This document shows positions 54,263 to 64,000 of a stretch of DNA of 64,000 nucleotides, piece by piece. The notes beneath the pieces are model-generated. The model had not been told where the DNA came from and made no database searches. It saw only the letters and a program-made list of their open reading frames with translations. Origin of the DNA: Octopus vulgaris (lineage: Eukaryota); assembly GCA_951406725.2 (NCBI GenBank), contig OX597825.1, forward strand, positions 37,076,001 to 37,140,000, read 5' to 3'. The position numbers and the translations under genes are program-made. Every line of letters starts with the position of its first letter. Positions within the stretch are counted from its first letter, which is position 1.

Positions 54263-55210
54263 ATATGTGTGTGTGTATGTTTGTGTGTCTGTGTTTGTCC
54301 CCCTAACATCGCTTGACAACCGACGCTGGTGTGTTTACGTCCCCGTAACCTAGCGGTTCGGCAAAAGAGACCGATAGAATAAGTACTAGGCTTACAAAAA
54401 ATATATACTGGGGTCGATTTGCTCGACTAAAGGCGGTGCTCCAGCATGGCCCCAGTCAAATGACTGAAACGAGTAAAAAGAGAGAGTATAACCTCTGCGT
54501 GATTTGAATTTAGGACGTAAAGCACCGGAAGAAACAAAGCTAAGCATTTTGTCCGATGCGCTATCGATTCTGCCAGTTCCCAACCTTAATAATCTTTTGA
54601 GAGGAAGGGGAAGTCGATTACATTAATCCCAGGGCTCAACTTCTATCGATCCCGAAACGATGAACGGTAACCTCGACCTCGGCGCCATTTGAATTCAGAA
54701 TGTAAACGTGGAAGAAATGTCATTAAGCAATTTGTCCGGTGCGGTAGTGATTCTGCTAGCTCATCGCCTCCCTCGGCACCTTAATAATGGTTTCGAATTT
54801 CGGCACAAGGCAAACAAGTTTGGGAAAGAGGATAAGTCGATTACATCGACCCCAGTGCTCTACTGATATTTATTTTATCGATCCCGAAATATGAAAGGCA
54901 AATTCGACCCCAGCAGAATTTGAACTTAGAATGTACAGACGGACGAAATGCCGCTATGCATCTTGCCCCATGTGCTAACGGTTCTGCTAGGTTGCTGCCT
55001 TTCTCAGCACCTTAATGATAATAACAGTCTTTTTAGTTGCTACAAGGTTTTCAATTGTGAGGGAGGGCGTAATTGAATACACCAATCCCAGTGCTAAAAT
55101 GGAACTTATTTTATCGACTCTGAAAGGGTGAAAGATAAAATCAAACTCGGTGGTATTTGAATTAATAACATGAGGCGGGAACAAATGCCGCTAAGTATTT
55201 TGTCCGGGGG
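53265..55210 (-). mobile_element. Head-to-tail cluster of about six family A SINE copies
   Basis: Heads end near 53813, 53980, 54580, 54768, 54999 and 55205, all in minus orientation. Confidence 0.8.
54069..54488 (+). mobile_element. Family B SINE inserted in the family A cluster
   Basis: Full head, CORE-like block, (TA)n(TG)n, and tail. Confidence 0.9.
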
Positions 55211-55276
55211 AGGAGGAAGAAGATAATGATGTTGATGATGAGTATAATGAAAAAGAAGGAAGAGAAGAGAGAAAAT

Positions 55277-55308
<32 letters not shown>

Positions 55309-55524
55309 GTAGAAGATCATGATGGTTATAATGATGATGAAGTAGGACCTTCGTCCCACAAAAAGCCCAACAAACAAACAGCTTTTGAATTCCGCATCAG
55401 TTCCACCGAGATTTAATTTTCGTGCTTCAGTGAACAGATACTTTAAAAGATGAATCAGATGAATATAAATGCAACAGACTTTCTAAATGAAGAAAATAGC
55501 ATGGTGAATAGTTTCCCTTTATGG

Positions 55525-55984
55525 AGAAGAAAAAGAAGAAGAAGAAGAAGAAGAAGAAGAAGAAGAAGAAGAAGAAGAAGGAGAAGAAGAAGATGAAGAA
55601 GAAGAAGAAGAAGGAGAAGAAGAAGATGAAGAAGAAGAAGAAGAAGAAGAAGAAGAAGAAGAGAAGAAGAAGAAGAAGAAGAAGAAGAAGAAGAATAAAA
55701 AAAGGAGATGAAGTAAACCTATTTATTATTATGTAGCATTTATTATAGAAATCTCCAATGGACGTCTTTTTTTTCCCATGCCGATTATCGTTCTGTGTTT
55801 TTTATTTGTTGCTGAGAAATTATCAACTGCCTTTTGAAGTATTTTCGTCTTCCGTCTCCTCAACGCAAAATGACTCAAATCTTATACAAGATTTTATTCG
55901 TGTTTTTTTATGGTTGTTGTCGTTTAAAATTGCTGAAGCCAGCACTAGCTGCTGCAACTGCCACTACTACTGCTGCTGCTGCTG

Positions 55985-56076
<92 letters not shown>

Positions 56077-56088
56077 ACTACTACTGCT
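55525..56088. repeat. (GAA)n tract 55525-55693 and (CTG)n(CTA)n(CTG)n tract 55948-56088
   Basis: Direct reading. Confidence 0.95.
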
Positions 56089-57499
56089 AACATTCGTACA
56101 TGCAATAAAGTTCCTAAAAAAGGGAGACGAGAACTTGTGTAATTTACAACAAAGTTATATATAAACGATACCGAAGCTGAAATTTTTATTTACTTGATTA
56201 AAACATTTACAAATAATTACTATAACATTACAGAAAACATAGATATAATTAGAAATTACATATCCACTCTCTCATTCACACACAGAGGAAAATACCGCAA
56301 CATGAAATAGATTAAAGCGCTCTTCAGCTCTCACTACCTTGTTATTCCATGTACATGCTACAGTGCTCAAAATAACTATATCTGTGATTTCTGTAAGTCT
56401 TGAATTGTCGAAGTGATTAAAGAGAAGCTCATATATCTCCCCGTATTTGCTGTACAGTTGCTCAAGGATTGTTGGTATGGCTTTCACTAGCAGGGATTTT
56501 TTTCATACTCTGCTCTTCGTCTCTTCGCATGATTTTTTATACCCTGTTCCTCATCGCTTCGCAAGCCATCGCTACCTCAATACGATCCTTCTCCTGCATG
56601 TCATCAGAAATTCTATCAGGTCATTGTTGAATGGACTCCCCACGGTAAACTTCATAGCTTCAGTTTAGAAAATAATTATTAAAAGCCCATCTGGCTTATT
56701 GACAAGGGTCAAGAAAAGGGATCAATGAGAAAGTCAATATAGAGATTGAGCCAATTATGATTGAAATTGAAAAACAAGTGAGCAGTATAACCGAAGAAAA
56801 GAAACCGGTTTGGAAAGTAAAAATTTCCGAAACGGTTTCTTTTCCTTCCTTCCTTTTCAGAGATAATCGCTTTTGAATAACCTCTGGTCAGCTTTGAGCA
56901 AGTAGTTCTAAGGTTCACTCGCTGTCAAAAGAATGACGAGATACGACCCGCATTCATTTCCCTCTTTCCAGTTATACCATGTCATTGTCTGACTGAAATC
57001 CATAGAACACACTATTCCACTAATCACAGTCTTTCCTATAGATTCTTTAGATTTAGATTCTAGTGGTGATCACAGCGGAAAGGATCATTATGAATTCGGT
57101 CAGAGCGTGACAGTTACTGCTTCGGTTACATTGTTCACTTGTTTTTCTATTTCAGTCACAATTGACACAGTCTTTATATTGACTTTCTCATTGAGGAAGC
57201 CAGTTTTCAGGACTTATATTTACTATTTCTTAAAATTGGTTGTAGTTGTGTAATTCTATCATAGATTTAGCATTTCATCCTTGTTATCTAGGTGTTTAAC
57301 ACTAATAAATCTCGTGACATGACATTGAAAGACTTCAACTTTCGAAGACCAAGTGACACAATCTAATGCATACATACTTCGAATTTAATTGGTGAGCAAT
57401 TTGATTACAAAATGTGTTTGCACTTTGAAAAGATGCTCATGTTAATGCATTTCTGTAGTCGAAGAAAACTTCTAAGGTATGCTATAACTTGTTATTTCA

Positions 57500-57900
57500 A
57501 GGTTTAGTTACGTTCTTATCTCAAATCATCCACTCAATCTTGTTAACATAAATTTGGTGACCCATTTCATTTGCGTTAGCTGTCAGCAACATCATCTGCT
57601 TTTAATAGATATAACTGCAACCAATACTTCGTAGACAAGAATAGCCAACAAAATGTCCGCTTGCTTAACACTTTTCAATTTGTCCACAAATATGCTTGTG
57701 CCAACTTTAGCCTTAATAATAGATTGTGAAATTTCTATCTAGGTTTAAGGAGAGGAATGTTATCCTTTTAAATAGGATTGTCTTCTTGAACTTTGCGACG
57801 AGAAGTGTATACTTTCAAAAACAACGGTAAAAATCGATGAAGACAACATGAAGTGGCTTGCTGAATTCAACAGATTTCGCTATATTTTGCTGCAAGGAAA
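57500..57900 (-). mobile_element. Ancient RTE-like RT remnant (may extend to ~58800)
   Basis: EFSKPLHVVFIDF at ~57830-57868, SVKQADIL resembling GVKQG, and KADDV resembling YADD, in the correct order. Confidence 0.6.
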
Positions 57901-58831
57901 ATATATTTTTCTTGTACCTCTTTCACTCTGGTAGGCAGCCTGAGAAGGAGGAAAGTAGAAGCAGATGTCCTTTTTTATACGAAAAGCAAGGATAATAATG
58001 AATAATTTGCAGATGTAGCTTAGAATACTTATTAGTGAATAGTTTTCACCTTAAGTTAGAATAGCCTTTTGCCAAATTACAACAATGGATGCCACTTCAC
58101 TGGACGCTATTAAAAAGTTGTAGTAGGACGTTTTTGGTTCAGTCTCTCTCAGAATGAACAGCAGTCATTTTTCTTTATTCTATGGTGTCATAAATTCTTC
58201 TGCCTTAAATAATATTATTGGTGGAATGTTAAGTTTATTTTTGGAAAGAAATGTCAGTATATAAATATTAAAAGACTGCTGCACACCATTACAAAATACC
58301 ATTCCTATTTGTTGAAGCAATTCTTTCTACACTCGCCTCTTTTTATAAAAATGGTCTTTTAGTTTTAGCAGTTTTATTTCGCGTGAAGGTGCTTCGTTGG
58401 TATGGCATGTGTAAAACCTATGATGTGAGGAAACTGCTTTTTGTTCTTTGTAGTATATAATGCATTGTTGTGGTGAGGTTGCCAGAACCAAGAGAGACCT
58501 AGATACTTCAGGATGGAACTAATGTGTTTTTGCCATTGTTATTGTTTCTTTCACTTGTTTAACTGTGGCACTGTAATTGCTTGATGTGCGTGGTTGTACA
58601 TCCGACATTATGTCTTTTATGCACGTTAACAATATTGTAAATACTTTTGAGGAGTGGTATGTAACTCGTAATTTCGTTTTTTACCTGCGTGAATTGTTTA
58701 TGTTTATGGAGGTTTCGTTGCATATACCCTAGTGTCGCTGAAGAGACAGTGGATTTGGTACGTGTTACTTAGTCTACGATTGTGGAATTAGATTTCTACA
58801 TGATTTACTCAGGTCTCAAGTAGTTTTATGG

Positions 58832-58880
58832 TAATGACATCGCACTTAAATAATGGTAGGATTTAAGTGCGATGTCATTA
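58832..58880. repeat. Perfect 20-bp hairpin with 9-nt loop
   Basis: TAATGACATCGCACTTAAAT-aatggtagg-ATTTAAGTGCGATGTCATTA. Confidence 0.95.
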
Positions 58881-59442
58881 GCGTATGAGATTCTTTGTAT
58901 GTTTTGTAGAGGTTGAAAAGAGAGAGTGGAAGGTTCTGGAAGCATTGTTGTCACACACTTCATAGGCTTGACTGTCTGACTGCTTGCTTGATAGCATTTT
59001 AGGAGCTGTTAGATACTTTTGTATGAGTGCATTGCAGGGAATAATCTTTAAATTTACATATTTTAAAAATTATATCGAAGTTTGGGATTAGCGTTCTCAA
59101 GCATCGACTTATATTTTGTTTAAAGTACACTGATTAAAGAATTATATAAACGATTATACTATTCTCTCAATAGTTTGTCCTTACCCTCAATTTATCTTAA
59201 AAATGATACTAAAAATCAATGATGCCTGTACACATTTAGACGTTTCTTTCCCAGTAGATACGTATTAGAAATATATTTAACATTTCGGTTTACTTGGTGA
59301 CTAGAGGCAACCATGGATTGCCAGTTAGTCATACTGATCTCACGGCAAACATATTTTAGGAATTTATGTTAAAATAGCCTCGATGATGAACAGTAGCGCA
59401 AAAACAATTAAAACAAGAAAATAACCACTTAGAAAGGAGAAC

Positions 59443-59780
59443 AATAATCCTTTCCACTACAGGCACGAGACCTGAAATTTTGGGGAAAGAGGCTAGTCGA
59501 TTATATCTACCCTAATGCTCAACTGGTACATAAATTATCGATTCCGAAAGGATGAAAGGCAAAGTCGACCTCAGCAGCATTTGAACTCAGAATGCAAAGA
59601 CGAACGAAATGTCACTTAGCATTTTGTGCGGCGTGGTAACGATTCTGCCAGCTCACCGCCTTAGAAATGGCAATAATAGTCCTTTCTACTATAGGCATAA
59701 GGCCGGAAATTTTCCATCGAACACTGAAAGGATGAAAGGCGAATTCGATCTCGGCGTAGTTTGAAATCAGAACGAAAATG
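59443..59780 (-). mobile_element. One full and one deleted family A SINE in tandem
   Basis: Head GGCGGTGAGCTGGCAGAATCG ending ~59660; core; tail ...GTGCCTGTAGTGGAAAGGATTATT. Confidence 0.85.
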
Positions 59781-61119
59781 GATTCATTTGTGCATGATCG
59801 AAAGGAGAAAAGAAGTGAAGATTCTGTCGAAGTGATTCGCACACAGAAAGTAAAAAGACTTGAGCAAGACCTGGTAGAATTTTCTCAGGTGATCTTCTGA
59901 AGGAGTATACTTATCTGTTTCTAGTTTGCACACAAGATCAGAGATTTTGTGGGTTGACACAGTCGATAAAAATCGATTTTATCCAAGCCATTAGAATGAA
60001 AAGTAAAATCCAAATCGACCATATTAGAACTCAGAATTTAAAGGGATTTGCATCTAAGAAGATTGCTAGTTTATGGATAATAGTCGAGTATATTAACCCA
60101 AGTAACTGACTTATTTTTAAAGTCTTTGAAAGGATAAACAATTATGTCAAGGACACATCTCATGGGAAAGGCACCACATATATGTCAAACACTACAGTGC
60201 ATTAGAAAGCCTATATTGAGGAGAAAGTCTTCGCACCCAGGCTGGACCTTTGTGAGAGAAAGAAGCCGTCAGTTTCCTCCTATCATGCATCTATGCAGCA
60301 TTGCTGCGATTTGAAATCAGAGCATAGAAGTAGAAATATATAAAAAGAAATAAGTCACATTTTTTGGTGCCTTGTCTTTTCATTACAAAATTTTACCATT
60401 TTTAATATGAACGACAATAATAATCTTAATATGTAACAGTGAATATCTGTATATCGTATGTTTGTATTCATGCTCCGAGTTGCAGGCTGCAGCTTTCTAT
60501 CTAGAGAGCTAACTTTTCAAAAAAGCATTTCTGTTTAAGGAAACTGTCGTAGGTTATGTGACTGGAATATGTTTTTGAGGTTTTTTGAGCAATCTTCTGA
60601 AGTGTCAGAAGCCATGACATTGAGAGAAACAACAATACTAGGCCAACTGAAGACTGTCATCATCTTTTTAAACAATTTAACAAACACATTGTATTAAGTA
60701 ATTGTATTAATTGTATCAAGTAATTGTATTAACTTTAAGTATTGCTAGTAGTTATTAATATAGGCACGATGCCAGACATATTGAAGGAAAAGTATTATTC
60801 CTTAAATTGGTCTCTGCTGTTGAATGGCCCTTATTTTTAATTGGTTTCGCCAAGAATAAAAGGTGGAAGCCAACTTCGGTATTTTATCAACTCAGAAAAT
60901 AAAGGAACATAATCAAATATTCGAAGCTGCTGTAATTATTTTTTAGCATAAAGCGAAAGCCTGATTTCGGAAAACTATGAATAAAAGCGTTCAAGCAATG
61001 ACTATCATATCTTTGTTTCTTAGAAAGAGTGGATCCAGCAACAAGTTATTCCTTATATCTCCCTTAACTTGAAACTTACAGTGTCTTCATCGAAATGCGT
61101 TTGTGCTTCCACAAATAAT

Positions 61120-61265
61120 GGTGGCTTTTCTCTCAAACTGCCAGATTTTGGAACTCTCTCCCAGATCATTATTTTCCTCCTTCTTATGGCCTGAACTCTT
61201 TGAAGACTAACGAAAATTAATTCCTTTCGTCTTAATTTATCCATCTCCCCTAATTCCTTATACAA
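61120..61265 (+). mobile_element. 3' tip of a CR1/Jockey-type LINE
   Basis: FSQTARFWNSLPDHYFPPSYGLNSLKT resembles FFPRT..LWNSLP..VFP.SYNL..FK. Confidence 0.65.
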
Positions 61266-61664
61266 AGTGACTTCCTGCCTTGTTTGATACTTTCGAATAT
61301 CTGAAAACAGCTGTGATTTTGAAAATAATTAGCTGTTATATCTAGCATCTCAAGCGAGTGCCAGATCTCTTTCATTGGCTTGAACAAGTTACTTTATCAG
61401 GTGCATTACCGATTCTGATTATTCTACTGCCACCATCAACCAACTTCAAAAACTGAAACAAAAACACCATAATGTAGCTAGCAAAGGCAATTGCATCAGC
61501 AGCAATGGCAGCGATAGAATAAACAAGAGAAAGAACATCGTCAAGAAGGCAGATGAAAAAGGAGGAGGTGGGATGAAGAAAGCTAGAAAACAAAAGGAGA
61601 AGAAATCGAGGGAAAAAAGAAGAAAATTAATAACAAAAATAGCAGTAGTAATGATAGTAGAAGT

Positions 61665-61960
<296 letters not shown>

Positions 61961-63274
61961 GATGACGAAGAAAGAGAAGAAGAAGGAAAGAAGTAATAAA
62001 GAGAAGAAGAAGAAAAAAGAAGGCTGATAGAAGGAAAGAAGATAAATAGCAACAGCACGAAGATCAGCATGAGACAATTACACAAGGAAATATCAAAGCG
62101 AAACCGACAAGAAAGAACTAGTGACTACAAGTCAAAGATCGTGCACTGACCCAAACCGCTATGCAAACACACGCTCATACACTCCCACATACACATTGAT
62201 GCATAGGCATATATACATACCCCCTACACTCACAGGCATACAGAGACAATCTGAGACATACGCACATATACACGGATATATATATAGATACAGACAGAAT
62301 CACTCGCAACAGGGATATTCACGTATGTAGACACGTAACTTAGACGCACTCGCATAGGCGTATCAACACATCAAACGCACACTCACGGATACAGATGCAA
62401 ACACTGTACGTGCAGAGACAGAAAGCAATACGCACACAAATAAACACATACAGCGCTGGCGTGCACACACATACACACGTGCACACGCGCACACACATAC
62501 ACACACGCGCTCGCGCAAACAACATTGCATTTGCACTCACAGGGGAAATGTTTTATTCATTATCAAACAGACGCTTTCGGCGTTCAAATCGATGAAATTG
62601 TAAAAATACCATCAACGCCATCTTCCTCATCTTCTCACATACATCATCGTCATCATCATGATCATGATCATGATCATGACCATCATCATCATCATCAGCA
62701 GCAGCACCATGATTATCATCATCATCACCATCATCATTATCATATCATTGTCATTATCTTCACCACCACCTCCACCACCACCACCACTAAAACCACCACT
62801 ATCACCACCACCACCACCACCACTACCGACAACAACAACAACAAAGCCGTCATCAGCAACACAAACAACAGCAAGAATACAAACATTCTCCTAAACTGCA
62901 GACTATAGAAAACAACAAAGCTCTCACCATTCTTCAGGTTAAGCATTTCTATAAGAGAGAATTCCTATCCTATATTCTTCTGTTTTTGGTAAACTGACTT
63001 TCATTTCATGCTTCAATGCACTTAGATGAGTTTTGACGGCAGGAAAATTACAAAGCATGGATTTACAAACTTGCAACAGCATACTATATTTACACACACA
63101 CACACACAGACACACACAGACACACACACAGACACACACAGACACACATATGCACACACATAGATGTATGATTCTTGTGCACGCAATATATGTAAATTTA
63201 TATACGCATACATTCACTTGTATATATTCACGCTTGTTCATATACATGCATACATACCTACCTACATATATATG

Positions 63275-63326
<52 letters not shown>

Positions 63327-64000
63327 GGTATATGTCACGTATCTTTACGCTTATGTCAGTGCATTCATTCTCATATGTGACGAGTTAATTACAAAACGGT
63401 GGATAGAATACAAGAGTGATATTAAGATTAACATACGCTCACACATGCTTTGAAGCATACATAGATACACATGCACATATGTGTGCATGCATTTGTCCGT
63501 GTGTATACGTACATGCTGCATCTAATAATACTAATAACAAAAATGATGATGTTCATGATGATGGTAACGATGATGGTGGAAATGATGATTGTTGTGATGA
63601 TGAAGATGAGATCGTAAAAAGTGTAGTAAATATATACCGGACTTTACTTTTTCTGAAAGTTCAGGATGTTACACCCCGTGATTGTTCTGAAAATGTTTGT
63701 AATTAGAGTTTCTTATAAGCTGATGGTTTATTGGTTGATTTTTAAATGGAAACATTACCCATATGTTATATGCATATATAACATATATAGCACACACACA
63801 TGTATTTATATATATATACATCTATTGGTGTGGTTGGTGCGTGTGCTTACATCTTTTCTGGTTCCTATTAAAAAACTATAAAGCAATGTTCTATAAGAAA
63901 CTCAAATCACAGACAACGGGACAATTAAGGAGTTTAACATCCTGAACTTTTAGTAAAAAATTTTGGCATATTTTTGAACTCACCTTTTACGATCTGCTCT

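Overview
AT-rich, microsatellite-dense eukaryotic DNA with no host protein-coding gene I can support. The SINE families and repeat landscape look like an octopus/cephalopod genome; this is recognition, not a database result. The window holds a decayed full-length Ty3/Gypsy (Mag-like) LTR retrotransposon (5843-10539), remnants of RTE, Tx1/L1, CR1-like and R4/Dong-like LINEs, several decayed mariner transposons, three tRNA-derived SINE families in many copies, and many simple repeats that account for most ORFs in the track. Four signals stand out: (i) short Penelope-type repeats carrying minimal type I hammerhead-ribozyme folds with non-canonical cores; (ii) two ~95%-identical local fold-back duplications with near-identical 153-156 bp spacers, one shown by microhomology to be a templated insertion into a SINE; (iii) a SINE subfamily whose 3' tail matches the 3' end of the Tx1-like LINE in the same window; (iv) a 184-bp tandem array of that SINE whose units restart inside the loop of its tRNA-like hairpin. 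All identities are hand counts, and coordinates of decayed elements are approximate.
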